DNA of 63,517 nt, counting the filler, from Folioceros fuciformis (Eukaryota), in NCBI GenBank assembly GCA_049999805.1. It is 21 parts of 21 records of this genome, joined end to end, with 100 filler letters (N's around TTAATTAATTAA, not from the genome) between each part and the next. Parts side by side here need not be neighbours in the genome. Positions count along the whole stretch, not along the records: positions 23,554 to 24,919 come from JBNGIO010000355.1; positions 25,020 to 26,882 come from JBNGIO010000356.1; positions 26,983 to 28,280 come from JBNGIO010000357.1; positions 28,381 to 37,846 come from JBNGIO010000358.1; 17 more parts are not named here. One strand, written 5' to 3'. The stretch's first letter is position 1, and the number at the start of each line of letters is the position of its first letter. The notes under the pieces were generated by a model. That model made no database searches and had not been told where the DNA came from. It saw nothing but the letters and a program-made list of their open reading frames with translations. Shown piece after piece: positions 24,292 to 35,250 of this stretch. Made by a program: the position numbers and the translations under genes.

Positions 24292-24767
24292 TGCTACAGT
24301 ACATGTTCCGGTAAGCTATGTCCGTAATTCGATACCAAACTCGGCCCACGGATTGCCGGCTGAAGCTAAAGATAGCCTGACCAGCCGCGGGGCCCCCCAC
24401 CTCCATGACATGGTGAGCCATGACCCTACCTACGGAGTTCTCCCCTGAAGACATACATACGGCCCATCGTGTACCTCCTTCGTCTCGCGAAGCCGGGTTT
24501 GAGTTTTCAGCGAAACCGGATCGTTTCGGTGATAAACCCGGTTCTGGACGGCTTGATCCAAAGGGGACACTCTCTCACTATACATTTTTTAATGTTTTTC
24601 CATGGGTATCTACCTGAATATTTTCTTTTGATGCATATATTTTTCCTCTCCGTTTTCATAAACCGACCAAACCAAACTCCACACCAAAGGGGCACAGAAT
24701 AAACACCATAACTCTTCTTTTCCATGTTCACACTGTGTAAATTTGTCATACAGGTTTCCTATTCCTA

Positions 24768-24856
24768 GGTTGGATCTTCACAAAATATTCTCTTTTTAGG
24801 GTTGGATCTTCACATAATATTCTCTTTTTACGGTTGGATCTTCACAATATATTCTT
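24768..24856 (+). repeat. 32-bp tandem repeat, ~3 copies
   Basis: GGTTGGATCTTCACA..ATATTCT occurs three times. Confidence 0.9.
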
Positions 24857-25029
24857 TGTGACCCGTTTCTCGCAAGGCTGTCAGAGACGGAGGTGGAGGG
24901 CATTGGTATGGCATGGGGCNNNNNNNNNNNNNNNNNNNNNNNNNNNNNNNNNNNNNNNNNNNNTTAATTAATTAANNNNNNNNNNNNNNNNNNNNNNNNN
25001 NNNNNNNNNNNNNNNNNNNGGAGAGCACA

Positions 25030-25500
25030 ATGGCTCGGCTCAAGCACTGTGGACTCCCCAGGCAGAAGCGATCACGAACTCCACCTGAGCTGAAGAAGGT
25101 GTCCCGGTACAGCACAGATGAGGAGGATAGTGACCTGGAGGATCGCCAGATTAGGGTCAAGCTTGAGCATGACGACAAGGGGAAGACCAGCGCTCCCTCT
25201 AGACGGAGGATAGCCCAACAACTCGCTCCCTTTGTTGCCACTCAACCTGCAAGCCCTAGCTCCTGGTGGCCTACCCAAACAGAACGCAACCTCCTGTGGC
25301 ATCTCCACAAAATGCTGGAGAAATGTGATGAATTGAAGACTGTCCTGAATTCTGCAAAGGAGAGGACGTTGGAACTCGAAGCTTTGCTGCATGAGTCGCA
25401 GCCCAAGGACATCTTAGCTCATCCGCTGACACCTGCTGAGTGTAGGGATGTCATACGAGAACTAGAGCTCCTGGGCTACATCTACAAGCCACCGTCCTAG
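25030..25500 (+). CDS. Hypothetical 156-aa protein, antisense ORF downstream of copia pol
   Basis: Uninterrupted ATG-TAG ORF with a basic patch (PRQKRSR), an acidic patch and a heptad-like helix. It lies convergent with the pol end at 25734. Confidence 0.55.
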   Translation: MARLKHCGLPRQKRSRTPPELKKVSRYSTDEEDSDLEDRQIRVKLEHDDKGKTSAPSRRRIAQQLAPFVATQPASPSSWWPTQTERNLLWHLHKMLEKCDELKTVLNSAKERTLELEALLHESQPKDILAHPLTPAECRDVIRELELLGYIYKPPS

Positions 25501-25733
25501 CTTGGTAAGCTCACTTCTGTTTGTTTTGGCAGCATTCACGATTAGGTTTAGCAGGACTACTTCATCCACTGAACGTGCCATTGTTTCTCAACTTGTATGC
25601 AGCACACAGATAGCATGGGGACATGCCCTGTCCACAGGGAACCAAGGAAGTTTGCCTGTAAAGCAGTCCCTGTGTGGACATGTCATTTTCCTGTTAGCTG
25701 TCGCTGCTGCTGTCATAGGTTGGTACAGATCTT

Positions 25734-26882
25734 TTAGGCTGAAGTAGGCATAGAGAACACCCTTAGCCCTAGGGCTGCAAGGTGCTTGTTGTGCTTTGGC
25801 TTACTCAAGCCTTTTGTAAGAATATCAGCCACGTTGTTGTCAGTGCTGACATACTCCACTTTTACTATGCCTCTTTCAGCCACATATCGAATATAGTGAT
25901 GATAAAGCTCGATATGCTTGGTTCTCGCATGAAAACGAGGGTTGGAGACCAAGGCTATGGCAGACATGTTGTCGCAAAACAGCAGAGTTGGCCTTTGCTG
26001 AGGTAAGTGCACAGCATCTAAAAATTGCCGTTCTCATTCTAACTCCTTGCATGCATCTGTCAGGGACTTATATTCGGCTTCAGTCGAAGACAAAGCAAGG
26101 GAAGTCTGTTTCTTACACGACCAGTTAACGGCCCCTTGAGCTAGCAAGAACACATGGGTAGAAAGGCTTTTCCTTGTGTCCGCATCCGACGCCCAGTCGG
26201 CATCAGCAAAAGAGGACAGGTGAAATTCCCTCCTGCCAGTGCTTGTATAGTGCAAGCCATATTGCAAAGTCCCTCGAAGATAGCGGTATATTCGTTTGAC
26301 AGCACCCCAGTGGGCCTTGCCAGGTGCTTTCAAGAATTGGGACACAACACTAACAGAGTAGCTGATGTCCGGACGTGTCCAATTAGCAAGGAAGATCAAA
26401 CATCCTACAGCCTCAGCATAGCGAACACCAGTCATCATAGCCTCGTCAACGGCATCCTGTGGTGACTGCTCCAAGGTCAGTTTTTCCCCCACTGCTGTAG
26501 GTGTTGATACAGACTTAGCAGAGTCCAAATTAAACCGTTTGAGGATCTCGTTAATGTATTTAGTCTGATGGCCCCTTGTGGTCTGTCCCGTAGAATCTGT
26601 ATCCCAAGGCAGAACGCAAGGGGGCCCTGATCCGTCATCTCAAACTCAGATCTTAGCAGAGATTTAACCTTATCCAATTGAGCAGGATGATTACTTAACA
26701 GGATTGCATCATCAACATATAGCGCCAAGATGACAAAGAGCCCATCAGACTCAAGATAAAACACATTGGAGTCAGCAGGTGATTGGACAAACCCATGCCT
26801 TTTAAGGAATTTCATTATCCTCTTGTACCAAGCACGAGGGCTTTGCTTGAGCCCGTATATGGTTTTTAGCAACTTACAGACT
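25734..26882 (-). mobile_element. Ty1/copia RT-RNase H fragment (disrupted)
   Basis: YGLKQSPRAW, LYVDD, FADADWA, SSTEAEY, ADILTK. Contains a frameshift and a premature stop. Confidence 0.95.
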
Positions 26883-27164
26883 NNNNNNNNNNNNNNNNNN
26901 NNNNNNNNNNNNNNNNNNNNNNNNNNTTAATTAATTAANNNNNNNNNNNNNNNNNNNNNNNNNNNNNNNNNNNNNNNNNNNNCCCCGATCCGGTGCCCGC
27001 GGTCGGGGCTGGCCGCGATTCGGCGCCCTCTACATCCGTGCCCCGTTTGCACCGGCGCTCCGAGCGTCTCGTGCTCCTCCTAAATGTCGCATAACGTCCA
27101 GTTCACTCCGATGCTGCCATCACTCCAAAGCCTCTGCGCACCATCACCCTTGCTCCACACCCAA

Positions 27165-27470
27165 GCTCTGATATCACTTGAAGGAACGCTCTAGGAGCTA
27201 CATGGTGAAGGAGAGGAGAGGAGGAGGCAAGGAGGAGAAGAAAGAGAGGTCACACTCTCACAATAGAGTCACACTAGAAAGGGAGCTCAAGGGGATATTT
27301 ATACCCTCTAGAAGAGCTCCCTAAGAAGCTTCACAAGAAGCGCATAGGAAGTTGCACAAGAAGCTTCCTACAGATTAGCTTAAGCTAATCTAGACTAATG
27401 GTACTTAACTAGACACTAATCTTAGACTAAACACATTAGTCTAGGCACATTGGGCTTTAATAACCCTACA
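27165..27470 (-). mobile_element. 5' LTR (27179-27470) + PBS of the same copia family as 62977-63276
   Basis: TGTAGG...CCTTCA on the minus strand, near-identical to 62991-63276. The PBS reads TGATATCAGAGC (1 mismatch). Confidence 0.9.
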
Positions 27471-27859
27471 CCAGGCACCTTCCCTTGCATCTGCAGTCAG
27501 CCGGATCCGCCCGAGACCACAGCCCAAATCCCACTGTCTTTCTTGCTTAGGATCTTGTAGCCAGGCCGTAGGTCGCTGCTCGGCTCCCGAATCCAGTCCC
27601 CAATCGTCTCACGAGGGCCACCCTTGCCCCCCGCTTGGTAGGCCTGGCCCTGATCTAGCCAGCTGCTGCTAGGCCAGCCACCTGCTGGGATTTCCCCCAG
27701 CCAGGTTTTGTAGTTTTCTCACCAATTAGCAGTGAGGTTGAAATGTGTCCCCACAACTCCATTCCGTCCCCAGCGCCGTTGCCCTGTGAGGTCCTGCCCA
27801 CAACCTTGGCCCCGCCCTTAGGCAGGCATGTTGCACCGTGAACGGAGGAAGAAGGACGG

Positions 27860-28005
27860 GCAGGGGTAGAGGGGTGCACAGGCAGCAAGGTGATAATGTC
27901 TCCCCTACTAACCACATTGAGCATGGCCCAGCGTAATGCAGCCCTTGCAGACTTCACATCATCCACCACCATCCTCCTTGCCTCCAGCCTACTAGAGAAA
28001 CACAC
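27860..28005 (-). pseudogene. Universal stress protein (USP)-like N-terminal fragment
   Basis: RRMVVDDVKSARAALRWAMLNVVSRGDIITLLPVHP resembles the plant USP-like N-terminus. There is no convincing continuation. Confidence 0.55.
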
Positions 28006-28380
28006 ATTTTTCCACCGCTGCCTCCCCGTCCACCTTCAATTTCCCTGGCTAGTCGGCCACCCCAGGCGGCCCCAACTCAACCAGCCGCTGCCAACCTGCC
28101 ATGTGCCGACAAGCCGGCCTCCTACCAAAATCCGCCTTCCCCTCTGGCCCGGTTTCTCCCCAGCTAGCCGCCAGGTGGCTGCGTGGCTTCGGGGATCCAG
28201 CCCTGCTAACCCTAAACCCCCCTAGCAGATCCCGTCACCTGCAGCCCGTCTTGGTTGCTTGCCTACACCCTGTCTTCCCCNNNNNNNNNNNNNNNNNNNN
28301 NNNNNNNNNNNNNNNNNNNNNNNNTTAATTAATTAANNNNNNNNNNNNNNNNNNNNNNNNNNNNNNNNNNNNNNNNNNNN

Positions 28381-31230
28381 ACAAAAGTGGCTCCACTCAT
28401 CAAGGAAAGAGAGGAAGTATACTGCTCTCCAAAGGACTGTGTCGACATAGGTCCACAAACATCGGAATGAATTACCTCAAGCAAAGAAGTAGCCCTTGTT
28501 GGAGAAGGGTTGTTATACGGTTTTTGGGTAAGTTTCCCTATTTGGCAGCTTTCACATAAGAGGGTAGGGTCGGTTTTAAGCGTAAAACCATCCTTATACA
28601 AGTGTGCGTTTTGTGCTACCCGATCAACATAAGCAAGACTTGGATGACATAATCCACATTGCCATAGGCAGGTAGTGCTAACTTCTGGATTAGCATCTGC
28701 AACGTGAACTTGATGTGTGTTAGGTTGACAGTTGCCTTGTGTTACGATCAGGTGATAAAGGTCATGGTATGGTGAGCCATTGGCTAAAACTAGAGAAGGT
28801 TGTGAAGCTGGGGAAACTACACAATTTGTGGGAGTGAAAACGACTTGTAGACTATGGTCACAGGTGAGCTTATGGACTGACAGCAAGTTCTTAGTCATTT
28901 GAGAAACATGTAGAACTCCCTTCAACAGTATGTTGTATCTATGGTTGAGTCCTAGTTTAACATTGCTAGTCCCTTGAATAGAGAGTCCATTGTCGTCTCC
29001 TAACAAGACCAATTGATTTGTTGTATTAAGGGAGTATGTACAAAACATGTCCTACGAGTGGCAGATGTGGTTGGTCGCTCCAGAGTTCAAAAACCACATG
29101 TTTCTGTTTGCCTTGGTAAGTGACAGACACACTGCTAGTATAGCTGGTGTCTTATTGTTGGTACTTGCTGTTGTAGATTGTACAACCACATTAGTTTCAG
29201 CTGCAGGTCGATGTGCTTTGCCTGATTGTTTTTTGCAGCACTCACTCTCAAAATGCCCTGGGATCCTGCACCAGTTGCATGGTCCTTTCACTCTCCAGGG
29301 AGTGAAGGAATTCTGTGGTACTGATTGTCCACTATAGGGACGTCAAGGTGCAGAGAAGTATCCTCGGCCTCGACCCCTACCTCGACCATGAGAGGTAAAC
29401 AACACGTGCTGTTGATTAGAGGAGGAGGGTCTTCCAGCTCCTATTCTGCTAGATTCCTCCTCCAACAAGGCACCCATTACCTCTGACAGAGTAATAGTGG
29501 AGCCTAATTGTCAAAGCAAGGTAGATTGAGAGCTGACAAATGTCCGATAACTTGCTGGCAGGGATGTTAGAAGAACAGTGGCAGCCTTCAACTCAGTCAG
29601 GGTCTCTCCAGCGGCTGCTAAACGTGCTCCCAAGGTCCGAAACCGATGAAGGTGATGTTCCACTGTTTCACTTTCTTTCATTCGAAGAGAATAGAATATT
29701 CGAGTGCAGTTAATAAGTGACATGGAATCTTTAGCAGCGAACATGTCATGGAATACTTTCCAAACATCGTGTGCGACATGTGACTTGTCCTTGTGTATGT
29801 TGCATCATGTTTTTGTCAAGTGCTGAAAGTTATATATTCCTTGCCTTTTTGTCTTTCTTGTGCCATGTTGCAATTACATTCACGGCACTTCGTCCTACAG
29901 AAGGTGTTGGATTTGTGGTAGGGGCTGCAAGTGAACCGTCCACAATATCCATAAGCTCATGCTCTTCAAGAATTGCAACCATTTGCATCTGCCAGACTGC
30001 AAAATCGGTGGCATTAAACCCGTCCCTGTCTTTGAAGGCGATCTTAATAGACATTTTAATAGTGATAAGTGATGGTGCATTAGCTAAATTCTCCTAAACG
30101 GGAGATTGACTCAGTGCTATGACATACTACTGTAGGTAACCAACTAAGAGGATACCATACAGGACTAATAGTTTTTAGTTGAAAAGTGTAGCAAGTCCTA
30201 TGAGGACTGACTCTACACGTTTAGGTATAGAAGAAAAAGAACTCAAGTTTTCTGGTTCAGGTAGGGGAGAATAAATCTTATCTGGAGCTTGAGAAGTGGA
30301 AGGCATGTTGCAAACATAGGAGGCAGATTGATCATTGAGTGTGACTGATTCTGCTTTGATACATGTGCCAAAAACATAGGTATGCACAAGTGTTGACAAC
30401 TGTTTGACCTTCTCTTCAAGTTGATTTATCTATTTCCTAAGCATTATGTTTTCAATTTTGATCCTTCGCTGGGAATCATGAGTATGTTCTTCTAAAGCTT
30501 GAATCTTATAGAGGATTGGTTCTATATGTTTAGGCACTAAGTAAGCGACCTATTTATGCTCTCTGAAGTGTGATTGATGATCCTATTGCCTGGATATATG
30601 TGCAAGATAGGATTTTTCTCTAAAAGGGAGACAGGGGGTGCAGCAAATGCAAGAATTGTTATAGCCAGTAACAATGTGAGATGACCTATGATTTACTTGG
30701 CATCTACAATATAGCCAGTAACAATGTGAGATGACCTATGATTTACTTGGCATCTACAATATAGCCTGTAACAATGTGAGATGACCTATGATTTACTTGG
30801 CATCTACAATATTCTGCTACAGCAATTCTTTGTCATTGCTGCGCTAGGCTATCGTAAACTCGAAAGCATTGTAGGGTTAAGTGAGGAGGAATCTTGGTAT
30901 GAAAAACTGCATAGCACGCCAACGGCGGTAGACAATTTGGATTATTCATCCAAACAAAAGGATGAGTGACTTGCTGTCAAAGAATGTCTCACACTAGCGC
31001 GCCAAGTAGATGATCATAATAATCTTACAGCTTTGATACCATAAACGATTGGAAGCACACATCGCGACATGTAGAACAGGAAGTTGTAACCGTTTCGTAA
31101 TTAGGAATTAATTTAAACTACTCGCTAATCCAGCTAGAATAAGCTTGCCGAATATTTCACATTTGGACTGAACTAGTGATATTGATAATATCTCAATAAT
31201 TAGGATTCCTGGACAAGGTGTCGGCATTCT
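28381..31230 (-). mobile_element. Ty1/copia element A: LTR remnant, PBS (31030-31041), upstream coding extension, gag, PR, integrase N-terminus; decayed
   Basis: PBS TGGTATCAAAGC; gag FKDRDGFNATDFAVWQ; CNWCRIPGH; WFLNSGATNH; CESC...IHSDVCGP. Confidence 0.9.
30661..30812 (+). repeat. 50-bp tandem repeat x3 in the leader of element A
   Basis: ATAGCCAGTAACAATGTGAGATGACCTATGATTTACTTGGCATCTACAAT occurs three times (1 mismatch). Confidence 0.95.
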
Positions 31231-31231
31231 A

Positions 31232-31460
31232 GTGTTTCGCGCCAGGCCTGTGCACCACATTGAACTCATAATCTTGCAAGATCATAGCCCATCTTACCAG
31301 CTTACCACTGAGCTTGGTGCTCGTCATCAGCCACTTGAGAGGCTAGTGATCTGTCACCAATGTAAAGGGCTTCCCGAACAGATATGGGCAGAAATGGCAA
31401 ACAGCGCACACGGCCGCTAAGCATTCCCCATGCTATAGTTGGCCTCCACACGGCTATTGA
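31232..31460 (-). mobile_element. Ty3/gypsy RNase H fragment between two divergent copia 5' ends
   Basis: GECLAAV...YLFGKPFTLVTDH*PLKWL...RWAMILQDYEFNVVHRPG. Confidence 0.85.
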
Positions 31461-32759
31461 TATTGGAATGGTATTTAAAGAGCAAACACTAACTCATTAT
31501 TACCAAGCAGTATAAGGGTTAGTATAACGATTAATTAGTATGTTTATATACGTTAGGTTAAAACGGTTACAAAATACTCTTTTAATGTTGTTTCTTTTTC
31601 ATACACTCAAGTCGTTACTCTCTTTGTGCGCCTCTCCGGTGCTCGTGTGCTCACACCTGCTTTCTACGATTGGATCCTACATGATGCAATAGCTCACTCC
31701 AATACATTATGGTATCAAAGCCAGATCGCCGCCAGCCATTTGGCATTTCCAGCAGCGCCAAGAATGTGGTATCCAACGCATTGCGAACAATGGAGAAGAC
31801 TTTATCCAGTTTCGCTACTACCAATGACTACACAGTCCTGGACAGAGACACAACAGATAGCATAATCCAAAATGCTGCGAGAACACTAGAGATCATTTTC
31901 GAATTGGAAACATATCCAGTGTCATCATCTCTGAACACTGCACCATGACTAGGAACAATAAGAGACGGTTCAAAAGGACATCTTGTTCTAGTCCTATAGC
32001 ATGCCCTCACACACAATCGCTTTGTTGTTATCAGGAGACTGCTCCTATTTCATCTTGTTCTTATCACACCACACATAGAACACTTAGTAAAGGCACCTGT
32101 CAGACCCCGGCATTACTACGCGATTTATGCAATCTCAGAACCACACTCACCGTGTTGAAGCATACTGCATCTGCTGACAAGTTAAAGCATAGGAAAGAGA
32201 TCCAAAACTTGAAAGAACAAAACGATTATCTGGTTAGGAAAGTTCACTACTTCTACCGCTTGTATGAAGATATCATTACTAACAATGATGCTCAACATCA
32301 AGCTGCAATTTTTGCATATGTGCCTTTCGGTAAGGCTAATGATGGATATGTGGATTTTCTAGTCACAACATCCATGAGATCGTGCTCCTCAAAGATGGAC
32401 TCCATCCTCAGTTCCCAGATTGAGTAATCAGTCATGTTGAATATGTCTTTGTCCTTTATGTCAACTTTGAATGTGTTATTAATCATTGTGTTCATTGAGC
32501 TTGTTCCAGCCCCAGACATGTTGTGCGGCTGAGGGTTCCTAAGTGCTAAGCTAAAGTGTAGTGGATTTTCAGGGATCTTATGTGGTGGTGACCACATCAA
32601 CTATGCAAACTTGGAAACAGACTTATAGAGAATGGTGAGCTCCTCACCAAATAGCTTAGCAAGTGATGTAAGTACATGCTCAATGGGTTCAAGCAGATGC
32701 TTGCTGACAACGTGAGGGGATGATGCTTTGCTAACTGGGGTGCTAGGTGTAGCATCATT
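31461..32759 (+). mobile_element. Ty1/copia element B 5' end: LTR, PBS (31710), upstream ORF; 32293-32750 is inverted and contains the gag start
   Basis: LTR termini TATTGGA/TCCAATA; PBS TGGTATCAAAGCC; minus-strand gag KVDIKDKDIFNMTDYSIWELRM; AATGATGCT is inverted at both breakpoints. Confidence 0.8.
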
Positions 32760-32789
32760 TTGCCCTTGCCGAATAGACCACCTAGCAGG

Positions 32790-35250
32790 GGCTTGCTCCA
32801 GCTCTTCCGCTTCGTGACACATCCCTGAACATGAACAACATGAACACATCCAAACAAACCCTCAGTTAGCATCCCAGCAGCAACCACAACAAGTAAGTCA
32901 TCAAGAACCAGAGGTAAACCCCCACCAACCTGTAGCCCATCTAGTTCCATTTCAGCCTCTCCTCCAAGATGTACCGACTCTCAGGCAATCATCAAGGAAC
33001 AAGCCACCAAGAGAAGAATGGAAGGATCCTCCCTACACACCTGGAGACACACTGATTGGCAAAACTCCTCCTTCAGCAGAACCCATACCTACAGACACGC
33101 AAACATAAGTGGATCAATTGCATCTCATTATGCACAAGGCATACTCAGCCATTGAGATGCAAGGAGTTCCCCCAACAATCGAGGAAGCCCTCCGCACACC
33201 TGAATGGAAGGCAACAGTTCAATCAGAGTACGATTCACTCATCTCAAACAAAACTTGGATTCTTACTGATCTACCACATGGTAGAAAGCCCATTTCTTGC
33301 AAATGGACCTTCCGAAGGAAGCTCAATCCCAATGGAAGCGTCTCACGACACAAAGCAAGCCTGGTAGCCTGTGGATTTACACAAATCCCAAGCTTCGACT
33401 ACGAAGAGAGCAAGCTCTTCAGCCCAGTGGTAACATCTATTAGGATCCTCTTGGCTTTTGCTGCATTGCACAAACTTGACATCCATTAGGTGGACATCAA
33501 AACAGCTTTCTTGTATGGAACCCTACACGAGGAGATATACATGCTGCAGCCGCCCGGATTCGTCAAGGACCATCAAAAGGTCTGCAAGCTGCTAAATTCA
33601 CTCTACGGTCTCAAACAATTAGCACAGGTCTGGAATGAGACAGTCGAATTGTACCTCAAGAAATGTGGCTTCACACCCCTCTCAGCTGACTCAAGTGTAT
33701 ACATGCTAAGGACTGACAAAGATAAGTACGTCATCGTTACCTTGTACGTGGATGATAATTTCATCTTCGGTACTGACCCACAACTGATCCAACATGTTAA
33801 GAATTTGCTCACCAAAGAATATGAGGTGGCGGACATGGGCACCCTAAGGTACGCCCTAGGAGTCCAGTTTGAGAGGAGCATAGATGAGCACTCCTTTTTC
33901 ATACACCAAGAGCACTACGTCTAGCAACTCCTCACCAGGTTCAACCTGAAAGATGCGAAACCAGTATCCACTCCCATGGCCACAAGACAAAAGGTATCAG
34001 CCTTAGACAGCCCAATAACACCTGAGCAGACAATAGAGATGGCAAATGTGCCCTACAGTGACGCTGTAGGAAGTTTACTCTACATCGCCCAAGCTGTGAA
34101 CGTGGCATCGAGGTACCTTTCAAACCCCGGCATGGCCCACTGGACCTACGTGAAGAGAATCCTGCGTTACCTAAAGGGAACAAAGTCACGTGACATAGCA
34201 TACAGAGGTGATTACAGTACCCAGAAGTGCCTACTGACCTCCTTCTCAAATGCTGACTGGGCAGGCGACCTTGACACCTGCAAGTCCATCTCCGCATACT
34301 GCATGATGATAAACACAAGCGCTGTCTCCTGGGCATGCAAGAAAATGCACACAGTACACCTGTCATCAACAGAGGCAGAGTATGCAGCCACATCCCTGGC
34401 CGCAAAAGAAATACTCTGGATCCGCCAGTTCCCGCACAATATACACGAAGATCAGGAACAACCTACAGAGTTGCAGTGCGACAATCAGTCAACCATCACC
34501 ATGACGTTAAACCCTATTCTACACGCAAGAACAAAGCATGTGGAGATCCAGCACCACTTCATCCGACAAGTGGTGGCTAACAAATACGTAAAGCTTAGGT
34601 ACGTGAGCACAATTGAGAACACAGCCGACCTTTTGACGAAGGGACTCACAAAGCAACTCCACTTCAAGCACGCGCAAGGTATCGGCTTACTCAAGAAGGA
34701 GACTTATCTTGAGGCCGCCCAGCAGCCAGAGGCAGAGGGAGCACTTGCAAGAGCGACATCGTCAGACGAACAATAATCAGTTGTCCGGCAAGGGTTGCCC
34801 AATAGCAATCTTAAACCTCTCAGTTCTCACGCCTGCATCCTTCTACACACGTCCAGGCACAGCACCAGCTCCACATCGCTTCTTCCGCAACTTGGGCCTT
34901 GGAGCTTCGGTCCGCTCGAGACTCTCCACTCCCTCACTTATGAGCTGGATGATGCAACTCGCGAGCTGAAGCAACCACCACAGGCCAGAGAGAACGCACA
35001 GTAGAAACTACACACAAGCATGTGCCAAGGAAGACATCCTCCCTAGACTGAAGCCTCTTCCACACACTCCTTGTCCGTGGCAAGGGGGAGTGTTGTCACC
35101 ACTAAAGATGCGCCGACGAAACGAAGGGCAAATACATAAGTAATTTCAGCAGTTATAAAATACTGTTAAGATAGTTAAGACGGTTTAATTGCTAACCAGG
35201 GCTGTATATAACGAGTCCACAAGCAATCATAAATCTATCTTTCCGCTTCA
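32790..35250 (+). mobile_element. Ty1/copia RT-RNase H, PPT and complete 3' LTR (35090-35250)
   Basis: DIKTAFLYG, YGLKQ, LYVDD, NADWAGD, ADLLTK; PPT AAGGGGGAG, then TGTTG...CTTCA. This LTR does not match the LTR of element B. Confidence 0.92.
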
